Shown here one piece after another: positions 1 to 12,323 of a stretch of 64,000 nucleotides of DNA (the first letter of the stretch is position 1; every line of letters begins with the position of its first letter). The notes under the pieces are model-generated. The model was given only the letters and a program-made list of their open reading frames with translations, searched no databases and had not been told where the DNA came from. The DNA is from Mobula hypostoma (Eukaryota), in contig NC_086100.1 of NCBI RefSeq assembly GCF_963921235.1, positions 198,650,001 to 198,714,000 on the forward strand, given 5' to 3'. A program made the position numbers and the translations under genes.

Positions 1-3000
1 TGTAGTGGGTGCCGTGGCACTGTGGCTCAGAAGGGTAGGGAATGGAAGAGGATAGCAGCGGTAATAAGGGACTCTATAGTTAGGGGCCAGACAGTCAATT
101 TTGTGGACGCAGGAAAGAAACACGGAAGGTAGTTTGCCTCCCAGCTGCCAGGGATCGTGATGTTTCTGAGCGCGTCCACAATATCCTGAAATGGGAGGGT
201 GAGCAGCCAGAGGTTATGGTACATATTGGTAGCAACGACATAGGTAGAAAAAGGGTGGAGGTCCTGAAAGCAGAATACAGGGAATTAGGAAGGAAGCTGA
301 GAAACAGGACCTCAAAGGTAGTAATCTCAGGATTGCTGCCTATGCCACACATTAGTGAGTATAGGAAAAGAATGAGGTGGAGGATAAATGCGTGGCTGAG
401 GGATTGGAGCAGGGGGCAGGGATTCAGATTTTTGAATCATTGGGACCTCTTCTGGGGCAGGTGTGACCTGTATAAAAAGGACGGGTTGCACTTGAATCCC
501 AGGGGGACCAATATCTTGGTGGGGAGGGTTTAAACTAGATGTACAGGGGAGTGGGAACTGAAGTGAAGAGGCAGAGGATGGAGAGGTTGGTGCACAAGTA
601 GAGACAGCTTGTAGGGAGTTTGTGAGGAAGGATAGGTAGATGTTAGAGCAAAGATGCATTCAGCCTGGTGGTTTGAGATGTGTCTATTGTAATGCAAGGA
701 GTGTTATAAACAAGGTGGATGAATTTAGAGCGTGGATCAATACGTTAAACTATGACATTGTGGCCATTACAGAGACTTGGAGGTCTCAGGAGGAGGAATG
801 ACTGCTGAGTATGCAAGGCTTCAGATGTTTCAAAAAGAACAGAGAGGGACGCAAAAGAGGAGGGGGAGTGGCATTGCTAATCAGGGATAGTACCACGGCT
901 GCAGAAAAGGAGGAAGTCATGGAGGGATTGTCCACTGAGTCATTGTGAGTGGAAATCAGAAACAGGAAAGGGGCAATAACTACTGGGTGTTTTATATAGA
1001 TCACCCAATAGTAACAGGGATATCAAGGAGCAGTAGGGAGACAGATTCTGGAACAATGCAATAATAATAGGGTTGTTGTGATGGGAGATTTTAACTTTCC
1101 TAATATTGATTGGCATCTCCTTAGCGCAAGAGGTTTAGATGGGGTGGAGTTTGTTAGGTGTGTTCATCCTCTTCCTTTCCCTACCCATCTGACCCACAGG
1201 GCCAGATTCTGTGCCAGAGATGCAACCACTGTTGCTTCCCCCAGGCAGGCCATCCCCCCCAACAGTACTCAAACAGGAATACTTATCGTTAAGGGGGCAG
1301 CCACTGGGGTACTCTCTAGTACCTGCTTCTTGCCCTTCCCTCCCCTGACTGTTACCCACTTCTGTCTCCTGAGGTCCCGGTGTGACCACCTGCCTATAGC
1401 TCCTATCTATCACCTCCTCACTCTCCCTGACCAGATGAAGGTTATCGAGCTGCAGCTCCAGTTCCCTAATGCGGACTCCAAGGAGCTGCAGCTCGACGCA
1501 CCTGATGCAGATGTGGTCGTCCAGGAGGCCGGGAGTCTCTAGGACCTCCCACATCTGACACTGAGCGCAGAAAACCGGCCTCACACACATACTCTCTGTC
1601 TTTATTTTAAACAGATAACCTACCTGGCCCCGACCCTTTATCGCTGAAGCCCCGTTGAGCCAAAGCCTTCCTACTCTGATGCCCGCTCTGTATATCTGTC
1701 TTCCATTTAAACTCTTCCTGCTGTTCTCATTGGCTGATCTCCACGCACTTGCACAGTCATACCCCGTTCAAATTGCCGAAGAAATAACCTGATCTGGTAT
1801 TGGAAAGTGAACCTGGTCAGGTGCCAGATCTCTCGGTGAGAGAGCATTTTGGAGGTAGTGACCACAACTCTGTCCCCTTCACCATAGCGCTGGAGAGGGA
1901 TAGGAGCAGATAATTTGGGAAAACATTTAATTAGGGTAGAGGGAAATATGATGCTATTAGGCAGGTACTTGGGAGCAGATGTTCTCAGGGAAATGCATGG
2001 CAGAAATGTGGTAAATGTTCAGGGAATATTGGCATGGAGTTCAGCATAGGTATGTTCCATTGAGGCAGGGAAAGGATGGTAGGGTTAAAGAACCATGGTG
2101 TACAAAGGATGTAGAAGTTAAGAAAAAAAGAAAAGCTTATGATAGGTTAAAGAAAATAGGTACTGTTAGAGCTCTAAAAAATTACAAGGTTGCTCAGAAG
2201 GAGCTTCAGAATGGAATTAGGAGAGGCAGAAGGAACCATGAGAAGGCCTTGGAACAGGATTAAGGCATTGTACAAGTATATGAAGAGCAAGACGATGAGC
2301 CATGCGATAACAGGACCAATCAGATGCGACAGTGGAAACGTGTGCACTGAGTCGGAGAAGGTAGCGGAGGTACTTAATGAATACTTTGCTTCAGTATTCA
2401 CCAGGGAAGAGGACCTTGGCAATTGTGAGGATGACTTAGAGTGGACTGAAATGCTTGAGCATATAGACATTAAGAAAGGGGACATGGTGGAGCTTTTGAA
2501 AAGCATTAAGTTAGATAAGTCACTGGGACTGGGTGAGATATATACCAGGCTACTGTGGGAAGCGAGGAAGGAGATTGCTAAGCCTCTGACGATGATCTTA
2601 GCATCATCAATAGGGACAGGAGAATTTTGGTAGATCAAATTTGAAGGCAGAATATACTATTAATGGTAAGAATCTTGGCAATGTGGAGGACCTGAAAGTT
2701 CTTGGGGTCCATGTCCATAGACCGCCCAAAGCTGCTGCGCAGGTTGACAGTGTTGTTGAGAAGGTGTATGGTGTGTTGGCATTTATCAACCGTGGGATTA
2801 AGTTCAAGAGCCGTGAGGTAATGTTACAGCTATATAAGACTTTGGTCAGACTTCACTCAGAGTACTGTGCTCAGTTCTGGACGCCTCACTACAGGAAGAA
2901 TGTGGATACTATAGAGAGAGTGCAGAGGAGATTTACAAGGATGTTGCCTGGATTGAAGAGTGTGCCTTATGAGAATAGGTTGAGTGAACTTGGCCCTTTC

Positions 3001-3365
3001 TCCTTGGAGTGACGGAGGAAGAGCGGTGACCTGATAGAGGTGTATATGATGATGAGGTGCATTGATCGTGTGGATAGTCAGAGGCTTGTTCCCAGGGCTG
3101 AAATAGCTAACACAGGGGCACATAGTTTTAAGGTGCTTGGAAGTAGGTACGAGGGGAGATATCAGAGGGAAGTTTTTCTCAGAGTGGTGGGTGGTGGAAG
3201 CAGATACAATAGGGTCTTTTCAGTGCCTCTTAGATAGGTACATGGAGCTTAGAAAATTAGAGGGCTATGCGCTAGGGAAATTCTAGTTAGTTTCTAGAGT
3301 AGGTTACATGGTCCAAACAACAGTGTGGGACGAAGGGCCCGTAATGTGCTGTAGATTTCTATGTT
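1..3365 (+). mobile_element. Degenerate CR1 LINE (ORF1 SGNH-esterase part, ORF2 endonuclease/RT remnants, 3' UTR)
   Basis: ORF 216-533 (VHIGSNDIGRKR...KDGLHLNPRG) is the CR1 ORF1 esterase. MGDFNFPNIDW (1078) is the APE motif. 2190-2633 and 2641-3012 (YKTLVRLHSEYCAQFWTPHYRK) are ORF2 pieces with frameshifts and deletions. The element ends in a TTTCTATGTTCT-type tail near 3360. Confidence 0.9.
1165..1790 (-). mobile_element. Inverted CR1 5' UTR/ORF1 fragment embedded in the + strand CR1
   Basis: ORF 1135-1590(-) has CAQCQMWE...HICIRCVELQLLGVRIRELELQLDNL, the CR1 ORF1 zinc-finger/leucine-zipper region. It interrupts ORF2 immediately after FVRCV. Confidence 0.75.
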
Positions 3366-3912
3366 CTGTGCTGTCTGACTTGCTGAGTTCCTTCAGCATT
3401 TTGTGTGTGTTGCTTTGGATTTCCAGCATCTACAAAATCTTGTGTGTTCATATTGGAGACAGAGTCCATGGAGGAGAGGCCGGTTTCCATGATGTGCTTA
3501 GCTGTGTCTATGACTTCCAGCTGCCTCTGTACGGCAGCCAGCATAATCAAAGACCCCACCCATCTTGGACATTGGCTCCCCTTCTCCTATCAGGCAGAAG
3601 ATGCAAAAGCCTGGAAGCATCTACCAGGCTGAATGACAGCTTCTAGCCCACTAATAACTATCGAATAGTTCCCTAGTACAATTAATCTACGTATATACTT
3701 AAGATATCTTGTGTATTTATATTTATTATGTTTCTTTATTATTGTGTTTTATCTCGGTTTTTTTGTGCTGCATCAGATCTGGAGTAACAATTATTTCATT
3801 CTCTTTTACACTTGTGTGCTAGACATGACATTAAACAATCTCGAGCGAAGACTATGCACGACAAGCTTTTCACATAACAATAATAAACCAATTTTCCATT
3901 TTGCTGATGCAG

Positions 3913-4707
3913 GAGGAGCGCGATCAGTTAACCGAGGACCGGTACACGTTGTGGTTAGAGAGGAAACACCTGCCTGACACAGCGAGGATCTCGCCCAGCC
4001 TCTACAAACCGCGCAGCACTTTAGCGGAGGAGACGCTGAGGCAGCTGAGGGAGGCGATCAGCACCACTGAGACCATGGGCACCGAGCCGGTGCTGCAGCT
4101 CGCAAAGCCCAAGAGTGCCTGCCGACCAAGGGCTGCCGGAAAGGAGGGACGGGCAGCCGCCAGGATCGCAGCTTGCTGGCCAGGACCGGCACCAGGCCCC
4201 GGTCACAAGCTGGCTTCAAGCCCAGCACTAGCTGACGAGGACGTCTTTGACCTCAGGACCCTAGTCCAGCAGCACGACTTTGGTCCCTTCTACGAGCTGG
4301 AGGTGAACAGGGCCCGCCTTCCACAGCTCAGGGCAAAGGCAGGCCCCAGGGTAACAAAAGCTCTGCCCAATCTGCCCCTCCACATCCTACGGCGAGAGCT
4401 GTTTCCTGGTTCCATCTCCCACCGAATAAAGATCCCCAAGGAATTCAAAGCGGTTCACGTCTTCGACCTTCCCAGGAAAAGACCCTCGGGCAAGAGTCGA
4501 GACATGCAGGGGGAGTGGCTGGAGCTAGGCCTGCCCTCCCTCTCCTTCACCTCCACCACTACCAGTAAGAGCAGCACATGTTCCCACAAGTCTGCCTGGC
4601 TCCCGGGCACAGCCAGCTCACCTCGAGGGGAGGAAAGAAAGGAAATCCTTGAGGAAGGCAGCCCTGAGGCTCGAGCTGAGAGCCCCCAGGAGCACTGTGA
4701 GCCCTGA
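3913..4707 (+). CDS. ANKRD53: Terminal coding exon of probable ankyrin repeat domain-containing protein 53 (upstream exons lie outside the window)
   Basis: Acceptor TTTTCCATTTTGCTGATGCAG ends at 3912, phase 0, and the frame is open to TGA at 4707. The segment HDFGPFYEL...LPNLPLHILRRELFP...RIKIPKEFKAVHVFDLPRKR resembles the ANKRD53 C-terminal motif as I recall it (HDFSSFLEV...VPRLPFEVLLRMLYP...RMKVPQGF...VPRKR). The convergent position next to TEX261 matches human synteny. Confidence 0.75.
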   Translation, partial: EERDQLTEDRYTLWLERKHLPDTARISPSLYKPRSTLAEETLRQLREAISTTETMGTEPVLQLAKPKSACRPRAAGKEGRAAARIAACWPGPAPGPGHKLASSPALADEDVFDLRTLVQQHDFGPFYELEVNRARLPQLRAKAGPRVTKALPNLPLHILRRELFPGSISHRIKIPKEFKAVHVFDLPRKRPSGKSRDMQGEWLELGLPSLSFTSTTTSKSSTCSHKSAWLPGTASSPRGEERKEILEEGSPEARAESPQEHCEP

Positions 4708-5707
4708 GCTGTATCTTCCATCAGTACATTGCTCATGCTACAGGGTGCTTGGGATTCCTGAGTCTTACTAAGAATCACACAAAGTTGTGTCTTCGGATCA
4801 CAGTTAGATCTCAAAGCCAGAGCAGCTGGTCACTATATCACTGAAAGCTCTCTCGGGCTCTTCCCCTCTCTCTGAACTTAGACACCCCCTAATCTTAATG
4901 ACAAGAACCCCTCTCACAGACTCCACCCTGTCAGTGAATCCCCACCCACAGCCATGGACAACCCTTTCACAGAATCTTCCCCACCGGCCATCCACATACT
5001 ATCTCGATACGGGTTTGAACAACCACTGAATCTCCACCTACAGAACCTAGATCATTACTCTACAGGCCCTCTGGCCCACAATGTTGTGCCGATTTAGCAA
5101 CCTACTCCAAGATCAATCTAACCCTTCCACATAGCCCTCAATTTTTCTTTCATCCATGTGCCTGAGTGTCTATTAAATGCCCCTAATGTATCTGTCTCTA
5201 CCACCAACCTGGCAGCATGCTCCACACACTCACTACTTTCTGTAAAGTACCCATCTCTGACATTTCCCCCCTGCCACCACCATATTTTCCTCCAATCCCC
5301 TTAAAATTACAACCCCTCATACTAGCCATTTCCACCTTGGGGGAAAAAGTCTCTCAACTATCTACTCTATCATTGCCTCTTATCATCTGGTACAGCTCCA
5401 TCAAGTCATCTCCAGTTCTCCTTCACTCCAAAGCTCACTCAGTCTCTCTAGATGATGGGATTTACCTTCCTTCTGCCAATGGACACACTCCCCACAGACT
5501 TTATCTTGATATGAAGGGTCAAAAAGCTGGTGTTTAAACCTGGCCTGGATTTGATCTGAATTGGAACACACACCAACCAGCAGAGACACCCAACTCTGGA
5601 TCCAAATCCCAGTTCTGACTGCAGTGCCAGTCAGAGCTCCCCATGGAACAGACGGTGAAACTCGCGTTCACACTGAACTGGTTGAGAATATTCTGTCTGC
5701 AATTTCA

Positions 5708-5713
5708 AATAAA
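5708..5713 (+). promoter_or_regulatory. Candidate polyadenylation signal AATAAA for the ANKRD53-like gene
   Basis: AATAAA about 1 kb downstream of the stop codon, in non-repeat sequence. Confidence 0.4.
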
Positions 5714-5730
5714 ACCAGTATGGCTACAGG

Positions 5731-5736
5731 TTTATT
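5731..5736 (-). promoter_or_regulatory. Candidate distal polyadenylation signal for TEX261
   Basis: TTTATT on + equals AATAAA on -, 17 nt from the opposite-strand signal. A more proximal AATAAA(-) exists at 7881-7886. Confidence 0.35.
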
Positions 5737-6220
5737 GTACTCTTTACGTCTCACAACACAGGGGCACTTTTGTCCAGTCTTGCATCCTTAGCATCAAAGG
5801 CCAATGATGCCTTATGAACTGACCTCAGTAGAGGGGAGGTGGTTCTGGGATTTCTGTGCCCACCCCCACCCCCGTCACCAGGGGGTCTGTGTGGCTCTCT
5901 GTGAAAGCCCCTACAGTGAGGTGAGTTCACAACAATGCTCTTGAAGGCCTGACCCAGTTAGAACTCGAACCCTACAATACAGTACAGGCCCTTCAGCCCA
6001 CGAGGTTGTGCTGATCTTTTAACCCACTCCAAGATCAACCTAACCCTTCCCTCCCAAATGGCCCTCCATTTTTCTGTCATCCATATGCCTAAAACTTCCT
6101 TAACTGTCCATAATGTAGCTGTCTCTGGCAGTGCATTCCAGGCACCCGCCAGTCACTGTGTAAAAAACCTACCTCTGACATCCACCCTATACTTTCCTCC
6201 AATTACCTTAAAATCATAAA

Positions 6221-6355
6221 CAAAAGAAAATCTGCAGACTGCTGGAAATCCAAGCCTGAAACGTCGACTGTACATAGATGCTGCCCGGCCTGCTGAGTTC
6301 CTCCAGTATTTTCTGTGTGTTGCTTGGATTTCCAGCATCTGCAGATTTTCTTTTG
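6221..6355 (+). mobile_element. Short Penelope-like 3' tail copy with inverted terminal duplication
   Basis: AAAAGAAAATCTGCAGA(C)TGCTGGAAATCCAAGC ... GCTTGGATTTCCAGCATCTGCAGATTTTCTTTT. The interior matches the tail of the element at 41780-41910. Confidence 0.7.
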
Positions 6356-6894
6356 CTGTGATTGGACTACTACACTGAGAAATCTCTTCCAGAGATGCCT
6401 ACCCTGAAGAAGTTTAAATCTTCCCTTCCACGGGAGTTCAATGAAACCCTCTCTCACTGCTCCTCCTCTATGACCGTAAAATTATACCCCATCGTATTAG
6501 CCATTTCCACCCTGGGAAAAAGGCACTTACTGTCCACTCTATCTATGCCTCTTACCATCTTGTACACTTCTATCAAGTCACCTTTCAACTTCCTTCACTC
6601 AACCTCTCCTTATAAGACATACTCTCTAATCCAGGCAGCATCCTGGTAAATTTTCTCTGCACCCTCTCTAAAGCTTCCACATCCTTTCTATAATGAGGTG
6701 ATCAGAACCAAACACAATGCTCCAGTGTGAAACACAAGGCAGTGTCGGGTACTGCACCAAGAAAATTAGCTTGCCAAGTCCTTGAATTCAACTCAAGAAA
6801 TCAGAGCTGTTTTAATTATGATAACTCAGCACTTGAGAAATTAAGTTTCAGAATAATTTCAGTAATGAAGAAACATGCTTGCGACCACAACCCA

Positions 6895-7430
6895 TCTCCC
6901 CCACTCCGTCCCTCAGTGACCCCTCTCCCCCAGCACTGTGTCATGGACTGTATCCCCCACTAACATTAATCCAGCTTCCCCACACCGTCCCTCAGTGACC
7001 CCACTCCCCCAGCGCTGTCACCAACTGTATCCCCCACTGACATTAGTCCAGCTTCCTCACACCGTCCCTCAAGTGACCCCACTCCCCCAGCGCTGTGTCA
7101 CTGTTTCCCCCACTGACATTAATCCAGCTTCCTCACACCGTCCCGCAAGTGACCCCACTCCCCCAGCGCTGTGTCACCGACTGTATCCCCCACTGACATT
7201 AATTCAGCTTCCTCACACCATCTCTCAGTGACCCTTCTCCCCTAGTGCTCTGTGTCATTGACTGTATCCCCCACCAACACTAATCCAGCTCTCTCACACC
7301 ATCCGTCAATGGCCCCTCTCCCCAGCACCCTATTAAACCAACTGTATCCCCACCGACATTAATCTAGCTCCCTCAGTGACCCCTCTCCCCAGTACTCCAT
7401 GTCACAGACTCTATCCCCACTCTCTCACTC
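6895..7430. repeat. Degenerate minisatellite, about 75-80 bp unit, about 7 copies
   Basis: Recurrent CCCTCAGTGACCCCACTCCCCCAGCGCTG...CTGTATCCCCCACTGACATTAATCCAGCTTCCTCACACCGT at about 6910, 6990, 7066, 7142, 7224, 7303 and 7372. Confidence 0.85.
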
Positions 7431-7967
7431 AGCACCCTGAAGTTTGAATTCCTTTTTTCTACAATCTCTGCCTCAGTATGTCAGACAAGTTCTGTTGTTT
7501 GGAAAAACACAAATGGAACAGAAAGTTGTGGAAAGGAGGCAAGAGACCCCTCTCTGTTGTAGATTGCACTGAGACGTGTATTAAGCCCAGTAAAGTTTAC
7601 TGCCAGCAACAGCGGCCAACTAGATACAGCTATCATCCACGGTCAAAAAAGAGTAATGTGTACAATAATGCAGTGCGTGGGAGCTCCAACAGAGATCTAC
7701 CAAATGGTACAAGATTCGGTTTTTCATTTGTTCAAAGTCTTTCTAAATTCCAAAATATGTGCAAAGGTCATGTTTAAAATCAACATTAATTTCTTCAGGG
7801 GGGAGAGACCAGTGAATGAGGAAATTAATCCAAAGTGAATTCCAAGATGGTGTCCAAGGAGGAGCTCGTCAACTTTTCATTTTATTCAGTTTACTGGTCT
7901 CTGCTTCCCCCTCCCCCTCCTCCACCTCTCCATCAGTACCACCACTGCTCTGCCTAGCAGACAGCCC

Positions 7968-8147
<180 letters not shown>

Positions 8148-8224
8148 TCAACGGCAGTTCAGTGAGACCTTCTCTGACTGCTCTCCCCTCTCTAATATCT
8201 GTTGCTCTTTGACTACATGCTCTT

Positions 8225-8630
8225 TTCATTTATCACCTTCCAGACTGTGCTCCTTTCCCACCCCCCACCTTCTGATTTTGCATCTTCCCCTTCCTTTCCA
8301 GTCCTGACGAACAGTCTCAGTCTGAAACATCAACTGTTGATTCCTCTCCACAGATGCTGCCTGGCCTGCTGAGTCCCTCCAGCATCTGCAGAATCTCTTG
8401 AGTTTAGGAGACAATCAACCTGTTCATTAATCAGCAATTTAACCCCTTCGCCCACCGTCCAGTCCAGAAATCCAACGCCCAATCCGTCGACCCATCCAAA
8501 GAAAAAACCTTTCAACACAAACAACGCTCGAGGAATGGAGCAGGTCAGGCAGCATCTATGGAGAGGAACGAACAGTTGACGTTTTGGGCCGAGATCCTGC
8601 ATCAGGACTGGGAAGGTAGGGGGAAGAAGC
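8225..8630. mobile_element. Two Penelope-like 3' tail copies in opposite orientation (about 8225-8400 +, about 8515-8630 -) with decayed hammerhead cores
   Basis: CAGTC-CTGACGA...GAAACATC-AACTG at 8299-8336 (+), and the reverse-complement copy at about 8573-8610. Both are followed by GATGCTGCCTG..CTGCT. Confidence 0.7.
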
Positions 8631-8654
8631 CGGACACAGTGCCAAGTTTGTTAC

Positions 8655-8880
8655 AGTTTGCAGCGGTCAGCGTAATGCTTTACTGTGCCAGCAACCCGGG
8701 TTCAATTCAGTCACTGCCTGTGAGGAGTTTGTACATTCTCCCGACAACTGTGTGGGTCTTCTCCCACATTCCAAAGACACACGGGTTACTAGGTTAATTG
8801 TTCATATGGATGTAACTGGGTAGGGCAAGCGGTTTGCTCTGGAAGGGCCTGTTACTGTGCTGCATCTCCAAATAAAAATA
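8655..8880 (+). mobile_element. tRNA-derived V-SINE (HE1-like); further copies at about 15920-16190(+), 17370-17650(+), 17655-17950(-), 28010-28600(+, interrupted), 37965-38140(-), 63345-63655(-)
   Basis: tRNA-like head with B-box GGTTCAATTC, the V-core GGGTTTCCTCCGGGTGCTCCGGTTTCCTCCCACATTCCAAAGAC (variably decayed) and an A-rich tail. Confidence 0.75.
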
Positions 8881-8939
8881 AACATTGGAGCCGAGAAGAA
8901 AAGGTGAGGGGGGGGGAGGGCGGGTTCACATGATCAAAA

Positions 8940-11520
8940 CTGGTGCTGTTAAGCTGCAAAGTCCGGAATCAAAAGGTCAAACACGATGGGACTAATGAGC
9001 ATTTCAATGCCAGGAGTATTGCGGAAAACGCAGATGAGCATAGGGTATGGATCAGCATGTGGAATTATAACATTAGTGAGATTTGGTTCCAGCAGGGGCA
9101 GGCCTGGCACCTCATTCTGGGCTTCCATCGTTTTAGAGTGCGAGGGATTAAAGGGAGACAGGTGACATTACTCATCAGGGAAAATGTCACAATAGTGCTC
9201 AGTCAGGACAGACTGGAATGCTTTTTTCTTTGGATGGGTCTTATGGGGAATAAGAAAGTATGACGATTACTGTGATTGTATTTTAGACCACCCATGGAAT
9301 TGAGAGGTGCACATTTTTGGACAGGTCACAGAGTGCTGCAAGAACATAACGTTGTGATAGGTGATTTTAGCTTTCAGCATATTGATTGGGACTTCCATAC
9401 TGTAAAAGGGCTGGATGAGATAGAGTTTGTCAAATATGTTCATGAAAGTTTCCTTAATCAGTACATAGAAGTCCCAATGAGAGAGTGTGCAATACTTGAT
9501 CTCCTATTAGGGAGTGAGACGAGTAGGTGACAGAAGTGTGTGTAAGGTAACATTGCATCTAGTGATCATAATGCCGTTAGTTTCACAGTAATTATGGAAA
9601 CAGGTAGGTCTGGTTCTTGGTTTGAGATTCTAAAATTGGAAAGGCCAATTTTGATGGTATCTGAAAGGATCTGGCAAGTGTGGATTGGGACAAGTTGTCT
9701 TCTGGCAAGTGTACTTGGTAAGTGGGAGGCCTTCAAAAGTGAAATTTTGAGAGAACAGAGTTTGTTCCTTTCAGAATAAAAGTGTAGGAAAACAGGTTTA
9801 GGGAACCTTGGTTTTGGAGAGATATTGAGCACCTGGTTAAGAAGAAGGAGATGCATAGGCAGCAGGAACAAATGAGGAACTTGAGGAGCATAAGAAATGC
9901 AACAGAACATTTAGAAGGAAATTAAGGTGGCCTCAAAGAAGACATAAGGTTTCTCTAGCAGACAAGATGCAGTGAATCCTAAGGGCTTCTACAGATGTAT
10001 TAAGAGCAAAAAGATTGCAAGAGACAAAAATGGGTCTGCAAGATCGGAATGGTAACCTACGTGTTGAGCCAAAAGAGATGGACGAGATCTTAAATGGATT
10101 TTTTGCACCCGTATTTACTCAGGAGACAGATATAGTGTCTATAGAAGTGAGGCAATGCAGCAAGGAGGTTATGGACCCTATATGGATTACAGAGATGGTG
10201 TTTGCTGTCTTGAAACAAATCAGGGTAGATAAATCCCCAGGGCCTGACAATGTGTTCCCTCAGACTCTGCGGGAGGTAGTGCAGAAATTGCTAGGGACAT
10301 TTGCAGCCACATGCTTAGCAACAGGAGAGGTGCCACAGGATTGGCGGATAGCTAATGTTTCCCATTGTTTAAGAAAGGCACTACAAATATGCCAGGAAAG
10401 AGGCTGGTGAGCCTGGCATCAATAGTTGGAAAGTTACTCAAAGGTATACTTAGGAGCCGGATATACAAGTATTTTGATTGACAGGCACTATTTATGGATA
10501 GTCAATATGACTTTGTGTGTGATAGAGTCTAACCAATCTTAGAGTTTTTTGAGGAAGTAAACAGGAAAGCTGATGAAGGCAAGACAATGGATGTTATCCA
10601 CATGGCCTTTAGCATGGTCACTGTCAAAGTCCTGCATGGTAGGCTGATCAAGGAGGTTCAGTTGCTTGGCATTCAAGATGAGATAGTAAACTGGATTAGA
10701 CATTGGCTTGGTGTAAGAAGCCAGAGAGCGGCTGCAGATGGCCGCCTCTCTGACTGTGACTAGTGCTGTACTGCAGGGATTAGCGCTGGGTTTATTGTCG
10801 TTTGTCATCTATATCAATAATCTGGATGATGACATGCTAAACTGGATCAGGAAATGTGTGGATGACACCAAGATTGGGGGCAAGAGATCCTTCACCGGGA
10901 CTGGTACACAGACAGGAAAGTTTGTCCTGAAAGGTTTCTGAACCGTAGGGAAGAGACAGGGTTATGGGGAACAGGCAAGAGAGTTGAGCTGAGGTCTTTG
11001 ACTGCAAGAACTGTGACTGATGGGAGGACTGTGTGCTCACCTACAGGAAAGATATCAATAAGATGAAAAAACTGCAGAGAAATTCTCGCACAAATTTTGC
11101 TGGGACTTGAGAAGCTGAGTCAGGGAAAAGTCGAATACGTTAGGACTTTATTCTCTCAAGTATAAGAGGATGGAGAGAGATTTGATTGAGGTATACAAAT
11201 ATTATGAGCGGTATGGATCGGTAAATGCAAGCAGGTTTTTCTCACTGAGGTTGGGTGAGACTAACTAAGATCATGGGTTGGGGTGAATGGTGAAATGTTT
11301 AGGGGGATCTTCTTCAGTCAGAGGGTGGTAAGAGTGTGGAACGAGCTACCAGTGTACGTGATGGTTGTGGGTTTGATTGCAACATTTAAGAGAAATTTGG
11401 AGAAGTACATGGACGGGAGGGGTATGGAGGTGCGAGCCGATGGTACCACACAGAATAATAGTTCGGCATAGACAAGATGGGCCAAAGAGCCCATTTCGGT
11501 GCTGCAGTTCTCGATGACTC
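8940..11520 (+). mobile_element. Old, heavily decayed CR1 LINE (ORF2 and 3' UTR)
   Basis: ORF pieces VIGDFSFQHIDW, DKSPGPD...GEVPQDWRIANV, FVIYINNLD...DDTKIGG and FFSQRVVRVWNELP, with many stops and frameshifts. Confidence 0.85.
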
Positions 11521-12014
11521 TTACAGGACAGGGTAGACATTCTAATTGGATCCATCATCTGGTATGGAGGGGAGAAGCTGCAGGAAGTTGAAAACTCTGC
11601 CAGCTCCATCAGCATCGAGGACACCTTCAAAAGGTGATGCCTGAAGAAGGTGAGATCTGTCACTGAGGGTCCCCATCAGGCAGCACATGCATCTCCTGAT
11701 GTCAACTGTTCACTCTTCTCCATAGATGCTGCCTGGCCTGCTGAGCTCCTCAGCATCTTGTGTGTGTTCCAGCATCTGCACATTTTCTCTCGTTCATGCC
11801 CTCTTCTCATCTCTACCATCAAGAGGTGGTACAGGAGCCTGAAGACACACACTCAACGTTTCAGGAAAAGCCCTTTCTCTCTGTTACATTATCTCAGTAT
11901 TTTTTGTGCTCCCATTTTGCTGTAGTTATTTAATTTTTAATAAATTTCTTATTGTAATTCAGTTTCTATTACTATGCATTGCAATGTATTGCTGCTGCAA
12001 AGCAACCAATTTCA

Positions 12015-12323
<309 letters not shown>

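Noticed and set aside
8573..8610. Functional hammerheads in the older tail copies (8299, 8573, 17285, 28925, 62810)
   Set aside because: Core boxes, stems or the cleavage triplet are mutated (e.g. CTGATGC/AAAA, GAAATGGC), so they are treated as decayed.
8655..8720. tRNA genes at SINE heads
   Set aside because: The A/B-box-like heads continue into the V-SINE core and tail, and no complete cloverleaf is evident.
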